Part shown: piece after piece, positions 36,072 through 46,155 of the stretch
How positions within the stretch are numbered: position 1 is the first letter of the stretch
How the letters are laid out: each line of letters begins with the position of its first letter
Source of the DNA: Candidatus Freyarchaeum deiterrae
GTDB taxonomy: Archaea; Asgardarchaeota; Jordiarchaeia; Jordiarchaeales; Jordiarchaeaceae
Assembly: GCA_037305845.1 (NCBI GenBank)
Contig: CP147778.1
Span: 868,783-932,782, forward strand
DNA length: 64,000 nucleotides
Direction of reading: 5' to 3'
Program-made: the position numbers and the translations under genes
Notes under the pieces: generated by a model
What the model saw: the letters and a program-made list of their open reading frames with translations, nothing else
Told to the model about the DNA's origin: nothing
The model's database searches: none

Positions 36072-36368
36072 TTATGAAAGGTAGGATCTCATTTCATCAA
36101 TGTCAGGAAATATTTTAAAAAACATGTTTAAGCGAGTCTCCAACTCTTTCATTCCCTTTTTTGTTAGGGAGTAACTTTTATTTTCATCAATTGAAAGCAA
36201 GTCCGCGTCTTTTAGATTTTTTAGTACGGGATATATTGTGCCGGGACTTAGTTTTCTCCCCTTTCTTTTTTCTAGTTCTGAGGTTATTTCTACTCCAGTC
36301 ATGTTTTTTTTACTGACCAGCCACAGTATGAGAAAAGTGAGAAAGCCCTTCATCTTTTGATGAGACAT
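36072..36368 (-). CDS. PadR-family transcriptional regulator
   Basis: LILWLVSKKNMTGVEITSELEKRKGRKLSPGTIYPVLKNLKDADLL is a typical PadR wHTH. Confidence 0.8.
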   Translation of the reverse strand: MSHQKMKGFLTFLILWLVSKKNMTGVEITSELEKRKGRKLSPGTIYPVLKNLKDADLLSIDENKSYSLTKKGMKELETRLNMFFKIFPDIDEMRSYLS

Positions 36369-36693
36369 ATCTGAATATGACGGATGATTGATATTAAGAT
36401 TTTCGGCTGCATAACTAATATCGGTTTACCGACAGTCTTATATACCAATAAAATATTTTGAATATTGTATTTCTGATAGCCGAACCGCGCCATATTTGTT
36501 CTGATGAAAAATATATGTGCCATAAAATATTATGGCTGAGATTTCATCATGGCGGAGTAAAAGATAGGTAAACTAAAAGAATAGAAAGAAGATTTGGATA
36601 GTGAAAGCAAAGGCTTTCAGGAAACTATTTCAAAATTGAAGAAAGCCCAATTAAATTGAACCAACTTTTTATACCATCAAGTGGATGATGCAG

Positions 36694-37227
36694 ATGAGTA
36701 AACAAGATAAAATTTGGATTAAGCGATCCTATGAGAATTGTAGTGGATGCAGAAGATGCGTGATTGCTTGTTCGCTTTATCATGAGGGAAAAATTTGGCC
36801 TGAAGCTTCAAGAATAAGGGTTTTCATGCTTGTACCGGGAGTTGAAATTCCCCATTTATGCTTCCAATGCGAGGGTTACCCATGTGTTAAAGAATGCCCA
36901 GAAGGGGCCCTATCCATAAGCAATCAAACTGGGGCGGTGAAAGTGGATGTTTCGAAGTGCACCGCATGCGGTCTGTGCATAAATGCTTGCCCAGGCAATG
37001 TTCCGCACCTCCATCCAGAAGGTAACCGTATTGTTATCTGCGATCTGTGTGATGGAGAGCCAGAATGCGTCAAAGCATGCCAAGAGGGTAAATGGAATAC
37101 TTTAACGATTATTCCAAGAGAGAAAGGAGTCTCCCGTAAGGCTTTATCCAAAACACCTCAAGAACTCACCCACGAGGTTGCCAAACAAATTCTTGGAGAA
37201 GAAATTGCAAAGGAGGTTTTAGACTGA
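36694..37227 (+). CDS. 4Fe-4S dicluster ferredoxin-like subunit (AOR partner), copy 1
   Basis: Cys motifs CSGCRRCVIAC, CFQCEGYPC, CTACGLCINACP and CDLCDGEPECVKAC. The start is set at MSKQDK by comparison with copy 2, where the upstream ATGs are out of frame. Confidence 0.85.
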   Translation: MSKQDKIWIKRSYENCSGCRRCVIACSLYHEGKIWPEASRIRVFMLVPGVEIPHLCFQCEGYPCVKECPEGALSISNQTGAVKVDVSKCTACGLCINACPGNVPHLHPEGNRIVICDLCDGEPECVKACQEGKWNTLTIIPREKGVSRKALSKTPQELTHEVAKQILGEEIAKEVLD

Positions 37228-39107
37228 TGAAAGGCTACGCTGGAAAATTCTTGGAAATAGATCTCACCAAGGGAAACATTGAGGAAATAAAGTTACCGGA
37301 CGAGGTTCAAAGAGATTATGTCGGAGGAAGAGGTTTAGCCACAAAGATATTATGGGATAGACTTGGCAAAAACTGGGAGACAGTAGATCCGTTAGGTCCG
37401 GATAATATTCTACTCGTGCTTACAGGACCTTTGACGGGATATTTCCCGGGAGCCAGGGTTTGTGTTTCAGGGAAGTCGCCTCAAAGCAATGGTGTAATAG
37501 GCTCGACGATTTCAGGTGAGTTTGGAGTAGACTTGAAATGCGCAGGTTACGACGGCCTAATAATAACGGGAAAGGCGGAAAATCCGTGTTACATATTCAT
37601 ATGCGACAACCAAGTCGAAATTAAAGACGCCTCACCTATCTGGGGTAAAAAGGCAAGGGAAACCGTACGTTATCTTGTCAAAGAATCAATTGAGCAAATT
37701 AAAAGTATTCGACCAAACTATGGAGAAGTAGTTGACCCCTCAATTCTTTATATTGGCCCAGCTGGAGAGAACAAGACTAGGATTGCAGTTGTTGGCTCTA
37801 AGTATGCGCATGCTGCGGGCTACGGAGGATATGGTGGAGTAATGGGATCTAAAAACCTTAAGGCAATAGTCGCGAAGGGTTTTGGTCCACTACCTGACAT
37901 TTATGATAAAGAAAAAACGTTGAATTTAGCCCACGAATTTTCAGAAAAATGTTTTAAAAACGAATACTTTAGACGCTTCGGAACTGGTGGAGGAGGCTAC
38001 ACGTTTGGAGCCGGAACAAGCTCCGAGCCTGTCAGAAACTGGCAGAGTGAATGGCATGATGAAGCGAGTTATAAGGGAGAAGAATTCGACAAGTTATGGG
38101 TTAAGAAAAACTGGGGAGACTTCGGTTGCCCGACTACATGCCTTAAGCTTGCGGTGTTGAAAACTGGAAAGTATAAGGGGGCAATATGTGACAATCCGGA
38201 TTATGAGCTTGAGGCTTTTTGGGGACCAAACATTGGGATATTCACTCCAGAGGATAACATCTACTTAGCATATTCTATTGAGGAGCTTGGCTTTTGCGGA
38301 ATTCAGGGCGGATCAGTCATGGGATTCGCAGCAGAACTTTACGAGAAGGGAATACTAACGGAAGAAGATTTAGATGGAATAAAGCTTGAATGGGGGAACA
38401 CCCAAGCCTTCGCAGCACTAGCCGAAAAAATAGCTCTTAGACAGGGGATCGGCGACATCCTAGCCGAAGGAGTCTATAGAGCAGCCCTAAAGCTTGGAGA
38501 AATGAAAGGTGTTGATTTGCTCCAGTACGCCGTTCAAGAGAAAGGCATGTCCATAGGAGCACACGGACTTAGGAGCGGAAACGACTTCATTTCAAGTAAC
38601 ATTGCTTACGCGTGCTCAGTCCAAGCCGGAGATCACACATCGGGGACAGGTCTGCCACTTGATAGTAGTGACAGCGAGCTATTCACAATAATGCATGACT
38701 CGGCTGTTTACTGCTTCTTCGATGCAATGCAGCTTGAAGACACAGACATATTCAACTTTTACGAGACAGTAACAGGACAGAAACTAACAAAAGAGGAATG
38801 GTACCATGAAAAGGCACTAAGAATACTGCAGATGCAAAGAGCCGTGCTACTTTTAGGAGGACCAGACGCCAAGTGGAAACCCAAAATAGACGATGATAAT
38901 CCGCCGAGGTTCTGGGAGCCACTACCCTCAGGACCCAGCAAGGGAAAAACATTGGATAGAGAAGAGTTTGAAGAAGCTAGGCTTGAATACTTTGATGCTG
39001 CTGGCTGGGACGAAAATGGAGTGCCTAAACCAGAAACGCTAAGAAAACTCGGCCTGAAAGATTTGGAAGCTAAGCTTAGGGAAGTAGACTTAATCAAGTC
39101 CAATTAA
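37227..39107 (+). CDS. Tungsten aldehyde:ferredoxin oxidoreductase paralog, copy 1
   Basis: GKFLEIDLTKGNI, GGRGLATKILW and GYGGYGGVMGSKNLKAI, with full AOR length. TGATG stop/start overlap with the ferredoxin gene. Confidence 0.9.
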   Translation: MKGYAGKFLEIDLTKGNIEEIKLPDEVQRDYVGGRGLATKILWDRLGKNWETVDPLGPDNILLVLTGPLTGYFPGARVCVSGKSPQSNGVIGSTISGEFGVDLKCAGYDGLIITGKAENPCYIFICDNQVEIKDASPIWGKKARETVRYLVKESIEQIKSIRPNYGEVVDPSILYIGPAGENKTRIAVVGSKYAHAAGYGGYGGVMGSKNLKAIVAKGFGPLPDIYDKEKTLNLAHEFSEKCFKNEYFRRFGTGGGGYTFGAGTSSEPVRNWQSEWHDEASYKGEEFDKLWVKKNWGDFGCPTTCLKLAVLKTGKYKGAICDNPDYELEAFWGPNIGIFTPEDNIYLAYSIEELGFCGIQGGSVMGFAAELYEKGILTEEDLDGIKLEWGNTQAFAALAEKIALRQGIGDILAEGVYRAALKLGEMKGVDLLQYAVQEKGMSIGAHGLRSGNDFISSNIAYACSVQAGDHTSGTGLPLDSSDSELFTIMHDSAVYCFFDAMQLEDTDIFNFYETVTGQKLTKEEWYHEKALRILQMQRAVLLLGGPDAKWKPKIDDDNPPRFWEPLPSGPSKGKTLDREEFEEARLEYFDAAGWDENGVPKPETLRKLGLKDLEAKLREVDLIKSN

Positions 39108-39147
39108 ATCTAATCAACTTTTTATAGCATGTAGTGGATGATGCAGT

Positions 39148-39681
39148 ATGAGTAAACAGGATAAAATTTGGATTAAGCGATCCTATGAGAATTGTAGCGG
39201 ATGCAGAAGATGCGTGATTGCTTGTTCACTTTATCATGAAGGAAAAATTTGGCCTGAAGCTTCAAGAATAAGGGTTTTCATGCTTGTTCCAGGAGTGGAA
39301 ATTCCCCACTTATGCTTCCAATGCGAGGGTTACCCATGTGTTAAAGCGTGTCCAGAGGATGCTCTATCCGTAAATAATAAAACGGGAGCGGTGAAAGTGG
39401 ATGTTTCGAAGTGCACCGCATGCGGAGATTGCATAACTGCTTGTCCGGGGAAAATTCCGCACCTCCATCCAGCAGAGAACCACATTGTCATCTGCGACTT
39501 ATGTGATGGATCGCCAAAATGCGTGGAAGCATGCCAAGAGGGCAAATGGAATACTTTAATGCTTATTACAAGAGAGAAGGGAGTATCCCGTAAAGCTTTA
39601 TCCAAAACGCCCCAAGAACTCACCCATGAGGTTGGTAAGCTAATTCTTGGAGAAGAAATTTTAAAGGAGGTCATAGATTGA
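39148..39681 (+). CDS. 4Fe-4S dicluster ferredoxin-like subunit, copy 2
   Basis: Nearly identical to copy 1, with the same four Cys clusters. Confidence 0.88.
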   Translation: MSKQDKIWIKRSYENCSGCRRCVIACSLYHEGKIWPEASRIRVFMLVPGVEIPHLCFQCEGYPCVKACPEDALSVNNKTGAVKVDVSKCTACGDCITACPGKIPHLHPAENHIVICDLCDGSPKCVEACQEGKWNTLMLITREKGVSRKALSKTPQELTHEVGKLILGEEILKEVID

Positions 39682-41555
39682 TTAAGGGCTATGCTGGAAA
39701 ATTCTTAGAGGTAGATCTCACTAGCGGAAACATTGAAGAAACAAAGTTACCAGACGAGGTTCTAAAAGATTATATTGGCGGAAGAGGTTTAGCCACAAAG
39801 ATATTGTGGGATAGACTTAGCAAAAACTGGGAGACAGTAGATCCATTAAGTCAAGATAATATTCTGCTCGTGCTTACAGGGCCTTTGACAGGATATTTCC
39901 CAGGAACCAAGGTTTGTGTTTCAGGAAAGGCTCCACACATGAACGGTGTAATAGGCTCTACGATTGCAGGCGAGTTTGGAGTAGACCTGAAATGCGCAGG
40001 TTATGACGGCCTAATAATAACGGGAAAGGCGGAAAAGCCGAGCTACCTATTCATATGCGACAACCAAGTCGAAATTAAAGACGCTTCGCCTATCTGGGGT
40101 AAAAAGGCAAGGGAAACCGTACGTTTTCTGGTTAAAGAATCAATCGAGGAAGTTAAAGGTATTCGACCAAACTACGGAGAAGTAGTTGACCCCTCAATTC
40201 TTTATATTGGCCCCGCCGGAGAGAACAAGACTAGGATTGCAGCTGTCAGCTCTAAGTACGCGCATGCCGCGGGCTACGGAGGATATGGCGGAGTTATGGG
40301 AGCTAAAAACCTGAAGGCAATAGTCGCAAAGGGTTTTGGTCCACTACCTGACGTTTATGATAATGAGGGAATGTTGAAGTTAGTCCATGAATTTTCAGAA
40401 AAGAATTTTAAAAACGAATTTTTTAGACGGTGGGGAACTGGGCAAGGATGCTGGATGTTTGGAAACATGACCAGTTCTGAGCCTATCAGAAACTGGCAGA
40501 GTGAATGGCATGATAACGAGAGTTATAAGGGAGAAGAATTCGACAAATTCTGGGTTAAGAAAAACTGGGGAGACTTCGGCTGTCCTGTTACATGCCTTAA
40601 GCTTGCGGTGTTGAAAACTGGAAAGTATAAGGGGGCAATATGCGACAATCCGGATTATGAGCTTGAAGCTTTTTGGGGACCAAACATTGGGGTATTCACT
40701 CCAGAGTATAACATCTATCTAGCATCCTATATTGAGGAGCTTGGTTTTTGCGGGATTCAGGGCGGATCAGTCATGGGATTCGCAGCGGAACTCTATGAGA
40801 AGGGAATACTAACGGAAGAAGATTTAGGTGGAATAAAGCTTGAATGGGGGAACGTTGAAGCCTTCGCAGCACTAGCCGAAAAAATAGCTCTTAGACAGGG
40901 GATTGGCAACATCCTAGCTGAAGGAGTCTATAGAGCAGCCCTAAAGCTTGGAGAAATGAAAGAGCTTGATTTACTCCAGTACGCCGTTCAAGAGAAAGGC
41001 ATGTCCATAGGAGCACACGGACTTAGGAGCGGAAAAGACTTCATTTCAAATACAATTGGTTATGCATGTTCGGTCCAAGCCGGAGACCACGGATCGGGGG
41101 CAAGTCTGCCGCTGGACAGTGGTCATAGCGAGCTATCCTTAATATGGCATGACTCCGCTGTTTACTGCCACTTCGATTCAATGCAACTTAAAGATAAAGA
41201 ATTATTCAATTTTTACGAGACAGTAACAGGACGGAAACTAACAAGAGAAGAATGGTACAATGAGAAGGCACTAAGAATACTGCAACTGCAGAGAGCCGTG
41301 TTGCTTTTAGGAGGACCGGATGTAAAGTGGAAACCTAAAATGGATGACGATAATCCGCCGAGGTTCTGGGAGCCGCTACCCTCGGGACCCTATAAGGGAA
41401 AAACATTGGATAGAGAAAGGTTTGAAAAAGAGAGGGCTGAATACTTTAATGCTGTTGGCTGGGACGAAAACGGCGTGCCGAAACCAGAAACGCTGAGAAA
41501 ACTCGGCCTGGAAGACTTGGAAGAGAAGCTTAGGGAAGAAGAGTTAATCCAGTAG
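39678..41555 (+). CDS. Tungsten aldehyde:ferredoxin oxidoreductase paralog, copy 2
   Basis: Roughly 85-90% identical to copy 1 by eye. 4-bp overlap with its ferredoxin gene. Confidence 0.9.
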   Translation: MIKGYAGKFLEVDLTSGNIEETKLPDEVLKDYIGGRGLATKILWDRLSKNWETVDPLSQDNILLVLTGPLTGYFPGTKVCVSGKAPHMNGVIGSTIAGEFGVDLKCAGYDGLIITGKAEKPSYLFICDNQVEIKDASPIWGKKARETVRFLVKESIEEVKGIRPNYGEVVDPSILYIGPAGENKTRIAAVSSKYAHAAGYGGYGGVMGAKNLKAIVAKGFGPLPDVYDNEGMLKLVHEFSEKNFKNEFFRRWGTGQGCWMFGNMTSSEPIRNWQSEWHDNESYKGEEFDKFWVKKNWGDFGCPVTCLKLAVLKTGKYKGAICDNPDYELEAFWGPNIGVFTPEYNIYLASYIEELGFCGIQGGSVMGFAAELYEKGILTEEDLGGIKLEWGNVEAFAALAEKIALRQGIGNILAEGVYRAALKLGEMKELDLLQYAVQEKGMSIGAHGLRSGKDFISNTIGYACSVQAGDHGSGASLPLDSGHSELSLIWHDSAVYCHFDSMQLKDKELFNFYETVTGRKLTREEWYNEKALRILQLQRAVLLLGGPDVKWKPKMDDDNPPRFWEPLPSGPYKGKTLDRERFEKERAEYFNAVGWDENGVPKPETLRKLGLEDLEEKLREEELIQ

Positions 41556-41646
41556 CTCGGCTTAGATTATAAAGTAAACATAATAGTGGTTCTGCAGAAG
41601 GATAAAACAGATCATCAAATATGAGCATTTGCGTAGATATTCTAGA

Positions 41647-42603
41647 CTATTCATTCTCAGTATTGGAGTCCTTTATAGGATTTTTTAGAACCCCCAATTT
41701 TTCCAATGATGCTTCCATAACGTCTCCCACTTTTAACAGTCGAGGTTCAGGTTTGGCGTATATTCCCACTCCTGAGGGAGTTCCTGTGGCGATGATGTCG
41801 CCTGGTTCAAGGGTCATGACGTCGGATATGAATGATATTAGGTAGGGGATTTTGAAGAACATGTTTTTTGTAGAGCTGTCCTGCCTGATTTCTCCATTAA
41901 CCTTCATTTGCATTTTTAGGTTTTGAGGATTGGATATCTGTTCCTTGAGCGTAAGGCAAGGACCCATGGGCGCGAATGTGTCGAAGCTTTTTCCGCGGAA
42001 CCATTGGCCGTCGCCGAACTGGATGTCTCTTGCGGATACATCGTTGAAAACAGAGTATCCGGCTACGTAATCGTAGGCTTTTTCCTCCGGGATTTCCCTT
42101 CCCTTCTTACCCATAACGACTGCTAATTCAACCTCGTAATCTACCTTATCTGAGATTTTGGGATAGATTACTGGTTCCTCGTGTCCAATTATTGCAGTTG
42201 GCGGTTTTGAGAATAGGATTGGTTTTTCCGGGGGTTTTAGTCCTCCCTCTTCTGCATGGTCAGAGTAGTTTAGCCCAAGGCAGATTATTTTTCTCGGATT
42301 TAGTACGGGAGCTTTTATCTTAACTTGCCTGATATCGTTTACAATATCATCAAGTTTTTCGGGTTCACTCTTATACTGTTTTTTGATGAACTCAAAGATT
42401 TTCCTCGTAGCTTCTATTCCTGCTTCACCTGTATTTAGGAGTTCAATCATGTCACCGGGGATTTCGAATGCTAGATCCTTTTCCTCCGTTTTATACAGGT
42501 TGCAAGCGGAGACTAAATCTATAATTTTGTTCTCTTGAAAGAGAACTCCAATCTTTAAAATTCCATTTTGAGAAAAGGTAACTAGTTTCATTCCTTTTTT
42601 CAA
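41647..42603 (-). CDS. Fumarylacetoacetate hydrolase (FAH) family protein
   Basis: KIICLGLNYSDHAEE, DYEVELAVVMGK and PGDIIATGTPSGVG motifs. Confidence 0.88.
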   Translation of the reverse strand: MKKGMKLVTFSQNGILKIGVLFQENKIIDLVSACNLYKTEEKDLAFEIPGDMIELLNTGEAGIEATRKIFEFIKKQYKSEPEKLDDIVNDIRQVKIKAPVLNPRKIICLGLNYSDHAEEGGLKPPEKPILFSKPPTAIIGHEEPVIYPKISDKVDYEVELAVVMGKKGREIPEEKAYDYVAGYSVFNDVSARDIQFGDGQWFRGKSFDTFAPMGPCLTLKEQISNPQNLKMQMKVNGEIRQDSSTKNMFFKIPYLISFISDVMTLEPGDIIATGTPSGVGIYAKPEPRLLKVGDVMEASLEKLGVLKNPIKDSNTENE

Positions 42604-42679
42604 CGCTCCTTTTCATACTCTCTAATCGAAGATGAAAGAGGTGTTTTAAATAAGGTCTCTTTCTAGATTTGTTTTCTTT

Positions 42680-43669
42680 TTACACTTTTTTCAGTTTCTT
42701 TGCAGCGTTTACCGACCATTTAGGGTCTTTTAGGAATGCTCTTCCAATGAAAACCATGTCCACCTTTTTTTCTTTAATTACCTTGTCTGCAAATTCGGGA
42801 TCAGTTATGCCGCCCCCACCGATTACGGTGGCTTTGCCAGCTTTCTTAATTGCCTCAGCTTGAGGTATGAAGAATCCTTCCCCACTGAGACTCTGAGGCG
42901 ATGCGCCGCATATTCCACCAGAAACATTTATCGAATTGATTCCTGCCCAAACCAGTTCCTTAGCGAACACTTCGCTGTCTTCGATGGTTGTGCCCTCTGG
43001 AGCGAGATCAACTGACCCCAGACGGTATTCAAGGGGGAAACCCTTTCCTACAATCTCTCTGATTCTTGTTACTATCTGTAAGGGGAATCTTATTCTGTTC
43101 TTGAGAGAGCCACCGTAGTTATCCTTTCTTTTGTTTGTGATAGGTGAAACAAATTGGTTCAAGAGAAATCCGTGAGCCCCATGAATTTCTATGAGGTCGA
43201 ATCCTGCAGACAAGGCTCTCTCCGCAGCCTTACCAAACTTTTCCACGAGACTCTCGATCTGACTCTCGATCAACTCTCGTGGAGTTTCCTTCCCTCCGGG
43301 AATGGATGAGGGAGCTATTGGAGGTTCTCCCACGATGCTAGAAGATGCTTTTCCTCCCGCATGGTTTATTTGAATACCTATTGCTGTGCCGTAGTCGTGT
43401 ACCGCTTTGACGAGTTTCTTTAGTCCAGGGATGAGGGTATCGCTGTATATTCCCATCTGGCCCTTATTTAATCTACCAACAGGTTCAACATAATTGTGCT
43501 CCGTGATTATTATTCCGGTTTTTTCCGCCCGGTCGGCATAATGTTTGATTAAATTATCGGTTACCTCTCCTTTCTGTTCTCCAGCTAAACCCGTAGCCAT
43601 GGGCGCCATTAATATTCTGTTTTTAATCTCCAAAGAATTGATTTTTATTAAATCGAACAATCCCACCAA
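42680..43669 (-). CDS. Old Yellow Enzyme-family NADH:flavin oxidoreductase
   Basis: LKNRILMAPM and HGAHGFLLNQFVSPITNKRKDNYGGS motifs. Confidence 0.88.
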   Translation of the reverse strand: MVGLFDLIKINSLEIKNRILMAPMATGLAGEQKGEVTDNLIKHYADRAEKTGIIITEHNYVEPVGRLNKGQMGIYSDTLIPGLKKLVKAVHDYGTAIGIQINHAGGKASSSIVGEPPIAPSSIPGGKETPRELIESQIESLVEKFGKAAERALSAGFDLIEIHGAHGFLLNQFVSPITNKRKDNYGGSLKNRIRFPLQIVTRIREIVGKGFPLEYRLGSVDLAPEGTTIEDSEVFAKELVWAGINSINVSGGICGASPQSLSGEGFFIPQAEAIKKAGKATVIGGGGITDPEFADKVIKEKKVDMVFIGRAFLKDPKWSVNAAKKLKKV

Positions 43670-43884
43670 TCAAATCACCTTCAGTATAAGAAGGGCACCT
43701 ACCCGCTTCAAAAAAATTTCCCTCACTAAAGTTGGTTTAAGAAATTGGAAATGATAGTTTGGTAAGTCTCTGGATATCGTTTTTTCCTTTTTCGCCAGCT
43801 CAAATCCATTCTTTAACCAGAAATGCTTATAAATTTTAAATTTGAAAATATCTACTAAATATAAGATTAGAGGAGGAGGATAGA

Positions 43885-44202
43885 ATGGCAGCACGTCAAT
43901 CAAAAGTCGCATTTACTATGGATAATGCTAAAAAATGCATCTGCGGTAAATGCCCAGTTCAGGCCAATAGCAAGTGTGTAAAGAATTTGCAGGCAAAATT
44001 AATGGAAACATTGAAAAATCCGAAGGCGACGCCCAAGCCTAAAGAGATGCCTGGGTTTTACTGTTCTGCCGGTAAAGCTTCGTGTAAAGACCTTGACACA
44101 AAGAAAGCTTGCATTTGTGCTACATGTCCTGTCTTTGCAGACTTCAAGTTAGCAAGTGGAAAACCAGTTGGTTATTACTGCAGAGATGGAAGATCCATGT
44201 AA
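43885..44202 (+). CDS. Cys-rich DUF2769-like protein
   Basis: Two CIC(G/A)xCPV motifs (CICGKCPV, CICATCPV) plus additional cysteines. GGAGGAGGA lies upstream. Confidence 0.6.
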   Translation: MAARQSKVAFTMDNAKKCICGKCPVQANSKCVKNLQAKLMETLKNPKATPKPKEMPGFYCSAGKASCKDLDTKKACICATCPVFADFKLASGKPVGYYCRDGRSM

Positions 44203-44363
44203 TAACTATGCAGGAAAGTAAGTCAAGAGCAGTAATGCAGTAAAAATTTTTCTCCTAATTTTTCTTTTTTAATCTAGCCAAGTTCTCAACACTTAACCAA
44301 GCGGGAGTATTAATCAGCTTAATTGTTCTTTTCATTAGTGGTTTAAAAATATCTAGAAAATTT

Positions 44364-45242
44364 CTATAAGCGTCGTTGTTTTTCTTGGCGCAATGGTACT
44401 TTTCCCGATTTTTGTAGTGCTAGGTCGATTACCTCTAGTAATTCTTTCTTGTCTTGGGGTAGTGCCCCGCCTATAGGCAGGTAATTGGAGGCATGGTTGC
44501 TTCTAAAAACACAATTGGTGAGTTCAAGGTTTTCGACAAGTAGACGCATTTCTTGCAGAATTTCCTGTAAGTTTAATAACTGAAATTTTCCTTCCTGAAC
44601 CTCTCTGTGTAAAGAAGTTCCGGGCACCACCATTAGTGTTAGTGCCCCAATGTACTGGGGATCAATGCGATTAAGCACTTTTGCAGTTTCTATCGCATTT
44701 TCTCTCCATCTCTCCTTGCCTCCCAAGCCTAAAATTATGGTTACTGAGAGCGTAATTCCTGCGTTAATTATTTTTTTGCAGCCTTCAATGGTTTGCTCAG
44801 CATTTACCCCTTTATGCACCCTTTCCAGAATTACGTCGTCACCGGATTCTACACCGAGATAAGCTATTTTTAAACCTGCTTTGTAGAGCTCTCGGAGATC
44901 TTCCTCGGATTTTCTGATTGCATCCGCAGCGCAAGCGTACACTCCTACTCTATCTAGGTGGGGGAACACGGCGTATAGCAGGCTTAGTAGTTCTATTAGG
45001 TCTTCGGTTTTCATGCATAGGGCGTTGCCGTCTAGGAGAAACACTCTCCGAATTTCTTCTCCGTAGAGAGACCGAGCTTCAAGTATATCCTCTTCGATTT
45101 CTTCCAGGGGGCGTATGCCGAATTTTTTTATTAGGTTGGAACCGCAGAACGTGCAGGTGTTGTTGGCGCAGCCTATAGTTGCCTGTAAAAGTAGGCTTTG
45201 TCCTTCTGATGGCGGTCGGAAAACCGGTTCTTCGTAACGCAA
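44364..45242 (-). CDS. Radical SAM protein with CX4CX2C spacing
   Basis: TTG start. The translation RYEEPVFRPPSEGQSLLLQATIGCANNTCTFCG was checked against the DNA. A TIM-barrel-like remainder follows (GNALCM, GVESGDD). Confidence 0.75.
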   Translation of the reverse strand: MRYEEPVFRPPSEGQSLLLQATIGCANNTCTFCGSNLIKKFGIRPLEEIEEDILEARSLYGEEIRRVFLLDGNALCMKTEDLIELLSLLYAVFPHLDRVGVYACAADAIRKSEEDLRELYKAGLKIAYLGVESGDDVILERVHKGVNAEQTIEGCKKIINAGITLSVTIILGLGGKERWRENAIETAKVLNRIDPQYIGALTLMVVPGTSLHREVQEGKFQLLNLQEILQEMRLLVENLELTNCVFRSNHASNYLPIGGALPQDKKELLEVIDLALQKSGKVPLRQEKQRRL

Positions 45243-45371
45243 TTATGCTCACCACAGGTTTAAGCTACTAAAGATTTAAATAATTTATATTTTTATCTAA
45301 CGCTTCGGATAATTGTTCAAAACTACTAAAAACTCGAGCGTTGCGGCCTGTGTGAAGTTTATATTATTGTT

Positions 45372-46100
45372 GTGTTTGTAGTAGATGATAGGACGATAAA
45401 GATGAAATCATTTGACTTTGTGGTTAGAGTTGGCGGGAGTCTTTCTAGAAGCAAATTGATTATGAGGAAACTATTCGAGGAACTCGCGGTAATTTCTAAG
45501 AACCATAAATTACTCGTGGTTCCGGGTGGTGGTCCTTTCGCGGATATGGTTCGTAGGATTTATTATAAGTTCAATATTTCCGAGGATGCTGCTCACTGGA
45601 TGGCTATTCTAGCTATGGACCAGATGGGGTACTTCTTTTCCGATTTTCATCCTAATATTAGGGTCGTTGATGAGATTAAGGAAGCTAATCAAGTAACCCG
45701 TGGTTTGATTCCTGTTTTGACTCCCTCTAGGATAATGATTGATGAAGACCCTCTACCTCATTCTTGGGATGTAACTTCTGATTCTATAGCAGCTTATATC
45801 GCACACATCACCGGTACCAAAAAATTATTTATTCTAACCGATGTTGACGGAGTATTTACTTCCGATCCTAAATCCAGCCCTGATGCAAGGTTGGTGTATG
45901 AGATTTCGGCGGAGGAGCTTGCTAGTAAAAATATTTGTAGCAGTGTTGACAAAAAGTTTCCGAGCTTGGTTTCAGAGTATGGATTAGAGTGCCTGGTTCT
46001 TAATGGAAAACACCCTGAGCGAGTAACTCAAGCTTTAAACAACAAAAAGGTTAAGGGAACCACTATATACTCTTCTGCTACTCGTAAGATAACCAATTAA
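45372..46100 (+). CDS. mfnE: Amino-acid-kinase-fold protein, MfnE-like ([5-(aminomethyl)furan-3-yl]methyl phosphate kinase family)
   Basis: VVRVGGS, VVPGGGPFAD and SWDVTSDSIAAYIA...LTDVDGVFTSDP. The short AAK fold matches my recollection of the MfnE family. The true start may be the Met at 45402. Confidence 0.55.
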   Translation: MFVVDDRTIKMKSFDFVVRVGGSLSRSKLIMRKLFEELAVISKNHKLLVVPGGGPFADMVRRIYYKFNISEDAAHWMAILAMDQMGYFFSDFHPNIRVVDEIKEANQVTRGLIPVLTPSRIMIDEDPLPHSWDVTSDSIAAYIAHITGTKKLFILTDVDGVFTSDPKSSPDARLVYEISAEELASKNICSSVDKKFPSLVSEYGLECLVLNGKHPERVTQALNNKKVKGTTIYSSATRKITN

Positions 46101-46155
46101 CCTAGTATAAACTGGGAAGAAATAACTAGCTTGGTTTGGTCTTCATTTGTAGGTT

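Larger units (their letters stand above)
36647..41555 (+). repeat. Tandem duplication, two ~2.45-kb units, each holding a 4Fe-4S ferredoxin-like gene plus an AOR gene
   Basis: Unit 1 runs 36647-39099 and unit 2 runs 39100-41555. The junction motif ccaattaaat occurs at both unit starts. Identical runs are shared, for example the 38-mer gataaaatttggattaagcgatcctatgagaattgtag. Gene offsets are 2454, 2451 and 2448 nt. Confidence 0.9.

Noticed and set aside
36588-36656. Remnant of a third AOR copy upstream of the tandem duplication
   Set aside because: Short matches to the AOR 3' end exist (gaagatttgga and ccaattaaat). The intervening segment differs in length by 16 nt and aligns poorly, so this is too weak to assert.
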